A stretch of DNA of 41,332 bases, from positions 1 to 41,332 of the forward strand of contig JAAZMN010000129.1 of NCBI GenBank assembly GCA_012798795.1, written 5' to 3'. A program made the translations under genes and the position numbers. Below are positions 28,332-36,684 of this stretch, piece after piece. The DNA comes from Bacillota bacterium (GTDB lineage Bacteria; Bacillota; Limnochordia; Darwinibacteriales; DTU012). Below the pieces are notes generated by a model that saw only the letters and a list, made by a program, of their open reading frames with translations, did not search any database and had not been told where the DNA came from. Numbering within the stretch: position 1 is the stretch's first letter; the number at the start of each line of letters is the position of its first letter.

Positions 28332-28979
28332 TTGGCAAAAGAAACAATTAAATCTCGAGTAATCCAAACTGTGTACGATGATCCGTTTCTGAGTATTGAT
28401 GAAATTGCCGACAAAGTAACCACTACTCCGCGTTATGTACGGACAATTTTATCAGAAGCAGGGTTATCATTGATGCAGCTGCGAAAACAATATGCAAAAG
28501 CAATGGAAAAACAATTAGGATCCAGAACCCTGATTGAAGAAGTCAGACAGTATGAAGCGGATTTAAAGCTGACAAAAATTAAGGATCCAGCTGCAGCACG
28601 ACTGCTAAAGCAGGCTTCAGATGTCGAACTTATGCAAGTTAGCAGGGTGGAAAAGCTGGGCCGGATTCCAATTTATATCGAATTAACTACATATTTAGAA
28701 TTGCGATTGGCAGATACTGACGGCCCTTTAAGTCAACTGCTGATTTTGCCCCAAAATGGTGAAATTATTAAACAAAAACATTCCTGGATAGAAGTAGTTG
28801 CTAATAACAGTGCCATCAGTAAGCTGTTAGTAAATTCGGAAAATCAACCTCTGTTAAAACTCAGTTATTTATTGTACCAGGATTCGATACCCATTGCGTT
28901 AAAGACCCAGTGGCTGCAGACAGAAGGAATACTATTAAAGACAGATACTGGTAAGTTTGAGATAGCCGCTGAAGTGTAA
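28332..28979 (+). CDS. Putative transcriptional regulator: N-terminal HTH-like segment plus UTRA/chorismate-lyase-like C-terminal domain
   Basis: LSIDEIADKVTTTPRYVRTILSEAGL resembles an HTH. The C-terminal ~130 aa resembles the effector-binding domain of HutC/GntR regulators. TTG start after AAGGGGGGG. Confidence 0.45.
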   Translation: MAKETIKSRVIQTVYDDPFLSIDEIADKVTTTPRYVRTILSEAGLSLMQLRKQYAKAMEKQLGSRTLIEEVRQYEADLKLTKIKDPAAARLLKQASDVELMQVSRVEKLGRIPIYIELTTYLELRLADTDGPLSQLLILPQNGEIIKQKHSWIEVVANNSAISKLLVNSENQPLLKLSYLLYQDSIPIALKTQWLQTEGILLKTDTGKFEIAAEV

Positions 28980-29001
28980 TTAACGAGAAGGAGGGATTTA
29001 A

Positions 29002-30006
29002 GTGCCGCAGCCTTTGCTATCCGTAAGAGATCTAAAAATATGTTTTAATACTAAGGATGGGGTTATTCCAGCTGTTGATGGCGTTAGTTTTAATCTTGAT
29101 TCAGGTAAAACATTTGGTATTGTCGGAGAATCCGGCTCGGGAAAAAGTGTGACTGCTCTTTCTATAATGGGGTTAATCCCGGAGCCTCCGGGTAAAGTAA
29201 GCGGCCGGATTATATTTCAGGGTCAAAACCTGACTGCGATGAGCGAAGCCCAGCTGCAAAAAATTCGTGGTAATGATATCTCTATGATTTTTCAAGAACC
29301 GATGACTTCGCTAAACCCTGTGTTTACAATTGGCAATCAAATAATGGAAGCAATCGTACTGCATCAGAAGTTAAATAAAAAAGTTGCAAGGGAAAAAGCT
29401 GTTGAAATGTTGAATTTAGTTGGGATTTCTTCGCCGGAGAAGCGAATTGACGAATATCCTCATCAATTAAGCGGGGGAATGCTTCAGAGAGTTATGATAG
29501 CCATGGCTTTATCCTGCAATCCCAAGTTATTAATTGCCGACGAGCCTACGACGGCACTGGATGTTACCATTCAAGCGCAGATTTTGGATTTAATGCAGGA
29601 ACTTAGAAAACAGTTAGGAATGGCCATTATACTGATCACCCATGATTTGGGAGTTATTGCAGAGTTAGTAGAAACTGTTGCTGTAATGTATACAGGGAAA
29701 ATTGTAGAATACGGCAGCACTAAAAATATATTTACAAATCCTCAGCATCCATATACTGAAGGTTTACTTCGATCAATACCCAAACTTAAATCTCAGCAAA
29801 AACGTCTGCATGCGATTCCCGGAAGTGTTCCTACACCCGGAAATTTTCCCGTTGGCTGTGATTTTTATCCTCGCTGTAATTATTCAGAAGATATCTGCAG
29901 GATAAAAAAACCTAAACTTTATACTGTTGAAAATAGGCATTTGTCAGCTTGTTGGCGAGTTGTCAATTATAAAAGAGTTAAGGAAGTGGCCAAACCATAT
30001 GAGTAA
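29002..30006 (+). CDS. oppD: Oligopeptide/dipeptide-type ABC transporter ATPase (OppD/DppD-like)
   Basis: Walker A GESGSGKS, signature LSGGMLQR, Walker [14 protein letters not shown]-terminal oligopeptide-ABC extension with 4 Cys. GTG start after AAGGAGGG. Confidence 0.88.
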   Translation: MPQPLLSVRDLKICFNTKDGVIPAVDGVSFNLDSGKTFGIVGESGSGKSVTALSIMGLIPEPPGKVSGRIIFQGQNLTAMSEAQLQKIRGNDISMIFQEPMTSLNPVFTIGNQIMEAIVLHQKLNKKVAREKAVEMLNLVGISSPEKRIDEYPHQLSGGMLQRVMIAMALSCNPKLLIADEPTTALDVTIQAQILDLMQELRKQLGMAIILITHDLGVIAELVETVAVMYTGKIVEYGSTKNIFTNPQHPYTEGLLRSIPKLKSQQKRLHAIPGSVPTPGNFPVGCDFYPRCNYSEDICRIKKPKLYTVENRHLSACWRVVNYKRVKEVAKPYE

Positions 30007-30979
30007 TGTTAATCATCACCCACTACTTAAAGTAGATAATCTTGTAAAATATTTTTCGATTACAAAAGGAATTCTTTTTTCCAAGCAAATAGGTGCGGTT
30101 AAGGCAGTAGATGATATAAGTTTTACTATTGCTCCAGGCGAAACACTCGGTTTGGTCGGTGAGTCAGGCTGTGGAAAGTCAACTGTAGGCAGAGTGATTT
30201 TAGGACTGACAAAAGCTACATCTGGTTCAGTATTTTTTGAAGGAAAGGATATTCAAGCTCTCAGTAAACATGAGCTGCGGGAATTGCGCAAAGACATGCA
30301 GATTATCTTTCAAGACCCTTATGCATCGCTAAATCCTCGCATGACCGTAAGGGAAATTATTGCTGAACCATTAGAGATTCATAAAATTGTTGATCACAAA
30401 GACTTTGATCGTAGAATTGATAAGCTTCTTGATGTCGTAGGGTTAGATTCCTCACTTAAACGCAGATTTCCACATGAGTTTTCCGGGGGCCAGCGGCAGA
30501 GAATAGGTATTGCACGAGCTTTAGCTGTTAATCCAAAATTTATAGTCTGTGATGAACCGGTATCAGCTTTGGATGTGTCCATTCAAGCACAGGTAGTTAA
30601 TTTGCTTCAGGATTTACAGGAAGAATTTGGTCTAACTTATCTCTTTATCGCTCACGATTTAAGTGTAATTAAGCATATCTCCAATCGAGTTGCCGTTATG
30701 TATTTAGGTAAAATTGTTGAACTGGCAGATAAAGATCAATTATACAATAACCCGCAGCACCCATATACTCAAGCTCTGTTATCAGCAATCCCAGTACCTA
30801 ATCCAGAGGTTAGATCAAACAGGATTATTCTAAATGGTGATGTACCAAGCCCGATAAATCCACCTTCTGGGTGTCGGTTTCATACTCGTTGTCCTCATGT
30901 AATGCAAATCTGTAAAGAATTAGAACCTGAAATGGAGGATAAAGGAAATCGGCATTATGCAGCCTGTCACTTAAAATGA
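29999..30979 (+). CDS. oppF: Oligopeptide/dipeptide-type ABC transporter ATPase (OppF/DppF-like)
   Basis: The ATG at 29999 overlaps the oppD stop (ATGAGTAA). Walker [31 protein letters not shown]-terminal 4-Cys extension. The 29927 ORF-track start is rejected. Confidence 0.88.
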   Translation: MSNVNHHPLLKVDNLVKYFSITKGILFSKQIGAVKAVDDISFTIAPGETLGLVGESGCGKSTVGRVILGLTKATSGSVFFEGKDIQALSKHELRELRKDMQIIFQDPYASLNPRMTVREIIAEPLEIHKIVDHKDFDRRIDKLLDVVGLDSSLKRRFPHEFSGGQRQRIGIARALAVNPKFIVCDEPVSALDVSIQAQVVNLLQDLQEEFGLTYLFIAHDLSVIKHISNRVAVMYLGKIVELADKDQLYNNPQHPYTQALLSAIPVPNPEVRSNRIILNGDVPSPINPPSGCRFHTRCPHVMQICKELEPEMEDKGNRHYAACHLK

Positions 30980-31005
30980 CAGCATCCGGTATGAAATGTT
31001 GGATG

Positions 31006-31659
31006 CTAATTGTTTTGCTTTAAAGGGGAAACAGAATCTTTCAGCGTACTGATACCAGAAATTAACAGCAGAATAGTAATGCCTGCGGAACCAAGAGGAT
31101 CTATAAGTAGATTATAGGGTGCTGGTAATACTTTAGTCAGAACCAGGGTAAGAGCGATGGCAAAATCAGTAAACATTTTTGTATAATACAAACGCTTTTG
31201 AGAACTAAGGATATGGCCGGGCTTAAGTTTATTCAGCTTTTTATATCGCAGAAAAAAGTATCCGTTTACTAAAAAACCGCTGCAGGCTATGAACAAACCG
31301 AGTATGATATTTGTAGTTTCTTGCGGATTCATAAAGCGTCGAACTGCAGCTGTGCCAACAATAAGACTTGAAAATAGCATAATCACAGCTACAATCAAGC
31401 TTGACCTGCACTCCATTGTTAGGATCTGACGGTTGTCGGTAATTTTTCTTTTATTAATCAGCCGGGCAGTATACCAAGCTAGAATAAGACCGATTAATTC
31501 ACCTGTGCGGCGAAAAAAGTCACTAAACAGCAAGACGGACTTTCCGATAAAAGCCGCATACCCGGTGGTTATAGGCGCCCATCCGCTGAGTAGGCAGCTG
31601 TATAACAAGGTTCTTTCGCGGTGTACATCTACGGTGTCCTCTACAGTTTTGAAATTCAT
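31006..31659 (-). CDS. Cation-diffusion-facilitator-like membrane protein (TM domain only, degenerate metal site)
   Basis: Six predicted TM helices. SVLLFSDFFRRTGE and TKMFTDFAIAL sit where CDFs carry the H/DxxxD motifs. IDPLGSAGITILL is TM6-like. There is no cytoplasmic C-terminal domain. The ATG at 31659 follows GGTGGTGA. The ORF-track TTG at 31677 is the alternative. Confidence 0.5.
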   Translation of the reverse strand: MNFKTVEDTVDVHRERTLLYSCLLSGWAPITTGYAAFIGKSVLLFSDFFRRTGELIGLILAWYTARLINKRKITDNRQILTMECRSSLIVAVIMLFSSLIVGTAAVRRFMNPQETTNIILGLFIACSGFLVNGYFFLRYKKLNKLKPGHILSSQKRLYYTKMFTDFAIALTLVLTKVLPAPYNLLIDPLGSAGITILLLISGISTLKDSVSPLKQNN

Positions 31660-31681
31660 TATACTTTTCACCACCAATCAA

Positions 31682-32404
31682 TCATCTACCGAGCAATAAT
31701 GCAAGTAACGACAAACAGATTGAGGTAAATGAGGTTACTACAGGAATTACTATAGTATCAAGTCCGGCAATGCAAGTTGCTTCAACAAAAGAACCTATAA
31801 ATGCTAAAACAATTGAAGATATTAAGGCGTACCAAAAAGGAATGTCGGTAAATACAATCAATATAAGGAATACTCCGACAAATGTTGCAATGGCCATTGC
31901 CGCACTGCCTTCAATAGTTTTATTGGAATCAAATAGGGGAAATTTAAAATGATGCTTACCGAAACGTTTACCAACTAATGCAGCGGCAGCATCACCTACG
32001 CCCAAAATCATCAGTCCTATTATAATGTGGATTTTATATGTACTGCCAAGAAGCCCCCAAATGATTGCAATTAGTAAACTAACAGTGAGAAAGAAATAGC
32101 TTGCTTGTTTCAGCACTTCTGTGAAGCGTCCGCGACCGATGGATAATTTTTTCAATTTGGGGTTAAGGCTAGCTAGTGGTAGAATAATATATACTAAGCT
32201 TGCTAAAAGAATAACTGCAAGAACAGCCAGATACCATTCATTAAAAGCAAAGACTAAAATAAACACTGATAAACATGCCATCAGATGATATGCTTTGCGG
32301 CTTAATTCTTTCAGTTTTGGAAAAAAACGGCTAAAGATAGCAATTAGTCCTGCTGATAAACCATAGTAACCGATTAAAATAGCGATGGCATAGATAAAAC
32401 GCAT
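31682..32404 (-). CDS. CTP-dependent polyprenol/diacylglycerol kinase family membrane protein (CdsA/dolichol-kinase superfamily)
   Basis: Polytopic membrane protein with GVGDAAAALVGKRFGKHHF...NKTIEGSAAM, the signature of the cytidylyltransferase/phytol-dolichol kinase superfamily. Confidence 0.65.
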   Translation of the reverse strand: MRFIYAIAILIGYYGLSAGLIAIFSRFFPKLKELSRKAYHLMACLSVFILVFAFNEWYLAVLAVILLASLVYIILPLASLNPKLKKLSIGRGRFTEVLKQASYFFLTVSLLIAIIWGLLGSTYKIHIIIGLMILGVGDAAAALVGKRFGKHHFKFPLFDSNKTIEGSAAMAIATFVGVFLILIVFTDIPFWYALISSIVLAFIGSFVEATCIAGLDTIVIPVVTSFTSICLSLLALLLGR

Positions 32405-32574
32405 ATATATCCCTGCTTTCTCGTTATTTTATTATTCAAGCGTGGATCAATAAACTAAATATGCTTATATCTTAATGTATCATGATGGCTGTTAATTATC
32501 AAATAAACAAAAGGATTTTAATGTTAAAAATCTAAAGTTATTAGTGTAGTAAGATATTCTACGAGAATGGACTG

Positions 32575-33621
32575 ATGTTTATGCCATCTATGATGAATGC
32601 AATTATCAAAAAGCATGACAAACCTGGACTGTGGCTGGAAAAACAGCCCATACCAGACATAGGCATCAATGATGTTTTAGTCAAAGTTATCCGTTCATCA
32701 ATTTGTGGTACAGACGTAAATATTAATAAATGGGATGAATGGGCAAAAAGAACAATCCCGATTCCCATGATAATTGGTCATGAATTTGTTGGCAGAATAG
32801 TAGCAGTGGGTACTAATGTAAAAGATTTTAAGATAGGCGATATTGTTTCTGCCGAAGGACATATAGTCTGCGGCAGATGTAGAAATTGTCTTGCGGGCAG
32901 AAGACATTTATGCCCAAACACAAAGGGGGTAGGAGTTAATAGGCCCGGTGTTTTTGCTGAATATGCAGCCATTCCTGTAACTAATGTATGGCTGTGCAAT
33001 ACAGATATACCTCTGGATGTATTAAGTTGTTTCGACCCATTTGGTAATGCAGTTCATACTGCCTTAGCATTTGACATCCTTGGAGAGGATGTTTTAATTA
33101 CCGGTGCGGGACCAATTGGAGTTATGGCCGCAGCTGTTGCCAAATATGCAGGTGCACGATATGTTGTAGTTACCGATATAATCCCGTATCGGCTGGAGTT
33201 GGCGGAGAAAATGGGGGCCACCTTAACTGTTGATGTTAGTAAAGAACGGTTGAGTGATGTAATAAATGAATTAGGAATGCGCGAGGGCTTTGATGTAGGT
33301 CTGGAAATGTCCGGAAGTGCTCAAGCATTTTCAGATATGGTAGATCTTATGGTTCATGGTGGCAAAATAGCCATGTTGGGAATCCAAAAGCAAAATACTC
33401 AGCTAGATTGGAATAAAATTGTGTTTAACGGGTTAACAATTAAGGGTATTTACGGTCGTGAGATGTATGAAACATGGTATAAAATGACGGTTATGCTGGA
33501 ATCAGGACTAGATATCTCACCGGTAATTACCCACAGATTTCATTATACAGAATTTGAAGAAGCCTTTAACATAATGTGCAGTGGAAATTCAGGTAAAATT
33601 ATTCTTAATTGGGAGGACTAG
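32575..33621 (+). CDS. tdh: L-threonine 3-dehydrogenase (Zn-dependent MDR family)
   Basis: [26 protein letters not shown], structural-zinc [21 protein letters not shown]. Followed by kbl. Several in-frame ATGs (32575, 32581, 32590, 32593) leave the start uncertain. Confidence 0.9.
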   Translation: MFMPSMMNAIIKKHDKPGLWLEKQPIPDIGINDVLVKVIRSSICGTDVNINKWDEWAKRTIPIPMIIGHEFVGRIVAVGTNVKDFKIGDIVSAEGHIVCGRCRNCLAGRRHLCPNTKGVGVNRPGVFAEYAAIPVTNVWLCNTDIPLDVLSCFDPFGNAVHTALAFDILGEDVLITGAGPIGVMAAAVAKYAGARYVVVTDIIPYRLELAEKMGATLTVDVSKERLSDVINELGMREGFDVGLEMSGSAQAFSDMVDLMVHGGKIAMLGIQKQNTQLDWNKIVFNGLTIKGIYGREMYETWYKMTVMLESGLDISPVITHRFHYTEFEEAFNIMCSGNSGKIILNWED

Positions 33622-33627
33622 ATTTGG

Positions 33628-34806
33628 ATGAAAAGTGCTTATCAATTTATTCAGGAAGAATTGGAAAAAGTCAAAGTGAGCGGATTGTGGAAAGATGAGC
33701 GGATTATTACTTCGCCCCAACAGACTTATATAGATACAATAAATCAAAAAAAAGTATTAAACATGTGTGCAAACAATTATCTCGGATTGGCTAATCATCC
33801 GCGAGTAATTAAGGCTGCCAAGGATAGTTATACAAAATATGGTTTTGGCCTTTCATCAGTTCGGTTTATCTGTGGAACCCAAACTATTCATAAACGTTTG
33901 GAAGAAAAAATCAGCAATTTTTTAAAAACAGAGGATACTATTCTTTATTCGTCTTGCTTTGACGCTAATACCGGATTATTTGAAACATTATTAGGGCCAG
34001 AAGATGCCATTATCAGCGATGAACTCAATCATGCCAGTATTATAGACGGAGTGCGTTTATGTAAAGCAAAACGCTTTGTCTATCAAAATAATGATATGGA
34101 AGATCTTAATCAACAGCTGAAAGCTGCAGCTTCATGTCGCATAAAAATGATTGCTACTGATGGTGTTTTTTCAATGGACGGCACAGGAGCTAATTTAAGA
34201 GGAATTTGTGATTTAGCTGATACCTATGATGCTTTAGTGATGGTTGATGATAGTCATGCAACCGGATTTATGGGAGAGAACGGCAGAGGTACTCATGAGT
34301 ATTGTCAAGTAATGGATCGGATAGATATTCTAACAGGTACGCTGGGTAAAGCACTTGGTGGTGCTAGCGGTGGTTATACCAGCGGCAGAAAAGCCATAAT
34401 TGATTTACTAAGACAGAGATCGCGTCCTTATTTATTTTCTAATACCCTTGCACCTGCCATTGCTGCATCAGCTTGTGAAGTATTTGATATTCTTTCTGAG
34501 AGCAATGAGTATGGCAATCGAGTGCTGGAAAATGCCAGATATTTTCGAGAAAAATTAGAGGAGGCGGGGTTTGACATTCCTGCAGGGGAACATCCAATCA
34601 TTCCTATTATGCTGTATGATGCAAATACTGCTCAGGAAATGGCAAAACGCATGTTAGATAAGGGTGTATATGTAATAGGATTTTCCTATCCTGTTGTACC
34701 AAAGGGGCAGGCAAGAATTCGCACTCAAGTTTCAGCTGCCCATACGAAAGAGGATCTAGATTTTGCAGTAAAAGCATTTATTGATGTGAGAAATGAAATG
34801 GGTTGA
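33628..34806 (+). CDS. kbl: Glycine C-acetyltransferase (2-amino-3-ketobutyrate CoA ligase)
   Basis: [31 protein letters not shown] (PLP lysine). Classic tdh-kbl pair. Confidence 0.92.
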   Translation: MKSAYQFIQEELEKVKVSGLWKDERIITSPQQTYIDTINQKKVLNMCANNYLGLANHPRVIKAAKDSYTKYGFGLSSVRFICGTQTIHKRLEEKISNFLKTEDTILYSSCFDANTGLFETLLGPEDAIISDELNHASIIDGVRLCKAKRFVYQNNDMEDLNQQLKAAASCRIKMIATDGVFSMDGTGANLRGICDLADTYDALVMVDDSHATGFMGENGRGTHEYCQVMDRIDILTGTLGKALGGASGGYTSGRKAIIDLLRQRSRPYLFSNTLAPAIAASACEVFDILSESNEYGNRVLENARYFREKLEEAGFDIPAGEHPIIPIMLYDANTAQEMAKRMLDKGVYVIGFSYPVVPKGQARIRTQVSAAHTKEDLDFAVKAFIDVRNEMG

Positions 34807-34831
34807 GTTATTATAGAAAATATGGTATAGT
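34803..34831 (+). promoter_or_regulatory. Candidate extended -10 sigma-A promoter of the SCIFF operon
   Basis: TTGAGT (34803..34808), N17, TGg-TATAGT (-10 at 34826..34831). Overlaps the kbl stop codon. The palindrome TGGTAT-agta-ATACCA (34823..34838) overlaps the -10. Confidence 0.45.
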
Positions 34832-34869
34832 AATACCACAGAAAGAGGATTTATTTGGTAAGGGGGATT

Positions 34870-35031
34870 ATGGTGAAACAAGAAAAGACTGAACATAAGC
34901 ATATTAAAACACTGACTAAATCTTCATTGACAAAAACTTTAGTTAGCGGTGGGTGTGGAGAGTGTCAAGCATCTTGTCAATCAGCTTGTAAGACCTCTTG
35001 TACAGTAGGGAATCAAGCTTGTGAGCGCTAA
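34870..35031 (+). CDS. SCIFF (six-cysteines-in-forty-five) ribosomal peptide precursor, 53 aa
   Basis: Not in the ORF track (too short). ATG 34870 follows AAGGGGG. Translation is MVKQEKTEHKHIKTLTKSSLTKTLVSGGCGECQASCQSACKTSCTVGNQACER. The KHIKTL leader and the GGCGECQxSCQSACKTSCTVxNQxCE core are the SCIFF family signature. It lies immediately upstream of its radical-SAM partner. Confidence 0.9.
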   Translation: MVKQEKTEHKHIKTLTKSSLTKTLVSGGCGECQASCQSACKTSCTVGNQACER

Positions 35032-35055
35032 TTATGCTGATATTTACTTGCAGTT

Positions 35056-35090
35056 GTAGCAACCTTCTGCCTGAAGGTTGTTATTTTTTT
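35056..35090 (+). terminator. Intrinsic terminator/attenuator between the SCIFF precursor and the maturase
   Basis: Core stem CAACCTTC / GAAGGTTG (35060..35067 and 35073..35080), extendable with A-T/G-U pairs. 5-nt loop, then TTATTTTTTT. The maturase SD GAGGTGA follows. Confidence 0.65.
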
Positions 35091-35109
35091 GATTATGAGG
35101 TGAATAAAT

Positions 35110-36477
35110 GTGCTGGATAAAGAATGTGTGCACTGCTTTTCTCATAACCATCAATACTTCGTTGTAGACGGAAACTCCGGTTCTGTTCATTTATTAGATG
35201 AGTTAGCTTATCAGATGATAAAAGCTATTAAAGACGGATTAGAGTTTGATGAAACAGCAGTAATCAATCATTTGTCAAATGAGTATTCTCCTAGAAAAAT
35301 TAAAGAAGCTTTTGAGGAAATAACAGTCCTTGTAAAAGAAAATCTGCTTTTCAGCCCGGACTTTACTGAAATACCAAAGGAAATCGATTCTGTTGTAAAA
35401 GCGTTGTGCTTGAATGTTGCTCATGACTGTAATCTAAGATGTAAATACTGTTTTGCACAGACCGGAGATTTTGGTGGGAAAAGGGAATTGATGAGTTATG
35501 CTGTAGCCAAGAAAGCCGTTGATTTTTTGATAAATGCTTCGAAAAATCGACATCAACTGGAACTGGATTTTTTCGGTGGTGAACCATTACTTAACTTTGA
35601 AGTTGTTAAAAAAACTGTTCTTTACGGTGAAGAGCAAGCTAAAAAACACAATAAGAATATTCGTTTTACTATAACCACTAATGGAATTGGATTAACTAAA
35701 GCAATTCAAGATTTTTTGAATGAAAAAATGTATAATGTTGTTTTAAGTATTGACGGACGTCGGGAAGTAAATGATGCCGTAAGGCAGACTATTAATGGTG
35801 AAGGTTCAGTTCACGATGTTATTGTGCCTAAATATCAAGAGTTTGTTAAAGCTCGTAAAGGTAAGCAGTATTATGTGCGGGGAACATTTACTAAAAATAA
35901 TTTGGATTTCTGTGAAGACGTACTTTATTTAGCTGGATTAGGTTTTGATCAAATTTCCATGGAACCAGTTGTTGCTGATTCTGCATTGGATTATGCTTTA
36001 ACAGAAGCCGAATTGCCAACTATTTTTCATGAATATCATCGACTTGCAGATGAATTACTAGAATATTATCAGACGAAGAAATCATTTAATTTCTTTCATT
36101 TTAATGTTGAGTTAAAAAAAGGACCCTGTTTATATAAACGGATAGCCGGTTGTGGTGCCGGACATGAATACATTGCAGTGACACCAACTGGTGAATTGTA
36201 TCCTTGTCATCAGTTCATCGGTGATGAAAAATACAAAATCGGAGATGTATCGCAGGGAATTATTCGGCCTGAGCTCGGTGAACGGTTGAAACACGCCCAT
36301 GTGCTCAACAAGCCTACATGCCGCAAATGCTGGGCTAAATATTACTGCAGCGGTGGTTGTCATTTTAATAATCTCAAATATGGCGGTTCTTTATCTGATC
36401 CATACCTACTCGCGTGCGAAATGGAGCGGAAGCGTTTAGAGTGCAGTTTGTACATTTACAGCAGCCTTAACAATTAA
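35110..36477 (+). CDS. SCIFF radical SAM/SPASM maturase (thioether-forming, CteB/Tte1186-like)
   Basis: 455 aa. Radical SAM CNLRCKYC (CxxxCxxC). C-terminal SPASM cysteines (CGAGHEY..., CHQF, CRKCWAKYYCSGGCH). N-terminal VVDGNSGSVHLLDE RRE-like segment. GTG start 6 nt after GAGGTGA. Confidence 0.9.
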   Translation: MLDKECVHCFSHNHQYFVVDGNSGSVHLLDELAYQMIKAIKDGLEFDETAVINHLSNEYSPRKIKEAFEEITVLVKENLLFSPDFTEIPKEIDSVVKALCLNVAHDCNLRCKYCFAQTGDFGGKRELMSYAVAKKAVDFLINASKNRHQLELDFFGGEPLLNFEVVKKTVLYGEEQAKKHNKNIRFTITTNGIGLTKAIQDFLNEKMYNVVLSIDGRREVNDAVRQTINGEGSVHDVIVPKYQEFVKARKGKQYYVRGTFTKNNLDFCEDVLYLAGLGFDQISMEPVVADSALDYALTEAELPTIFHEYHRLADELLEYYQTKKSFNFFHFNVELKKGPCLYKRIAGCGAGHEYIAVTPTGELYPCHQFIGDEKYKIGDVSQGIIRPELGERLKHAHVLNKPTCRKCWAKYYCSGGCHFNNLKYGGSLSDPYLLACEMERKRLECSLYIYSSLNN

Positions 36478-36586
36478 AGGATATGGTATTATGCTGCAGT
36501 GGTCCAGCATAATGGTAATATTTTTCTATAAATTATTACATTAAGAAGGACTTCGCTCTTTAATCATAGAATATACTATTACGAAA

Positions 36587-36662
36587 AAGTTAGGGAACAA
36601 TGATCGATACTCATTAACTGGGCACTTTGAGTATGGGGAGTTAGTAGTGCAACCGACCACTT
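36587..36662 (+). promoter_or_regulatory. c-di-GMP-II (class II cyclic-di-GMP) riboswitch aptamer in the pilB leader
   Basis: GGGAACAATGAT...CTGGGCACTT...GAGTTAGTAGTGCAACCGACC contains the conserved blocks of the c-di-GMP-II class as I recall them from the crystallised Clostridium acetobutylicum aptamer. The internal helix is kept by different bases (ATACTCA/TGAGTAT here), which is covariation-like support. It ends about 10 nt before the pilB SD. Confidence 0.8.
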
Positions 36663-36684
36663 ATACCGTGTGAGGTGATGCGGT

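Noticed and set aside
30981-31007. AGCATCC/GGATGCT hairpin between the convergent oppF and CDF-like genes
   Set aside because: The stem is 7 bp with a 13-nt loop and overlaps the stop codon of the minus-strand gene. There is no clean T-tract. Evidence is insufficient.
31433-31952. Plus-strand ORFs 31433..31699 and 31770..31952
   Set aside because: They are antisense to two polytopic membrane-protein genes. They are shadow ORFs without SD or motifs.
36489-36525. Hairpin after the SCIFF maturase as a terminator feature
   Set aside because: The stem is only 8 bp with an 8-nt loop, and the T-run starts about 8 nt after the stem. This is too weak to annotate as a terminator. It is mentioned under the read-through finding instead.
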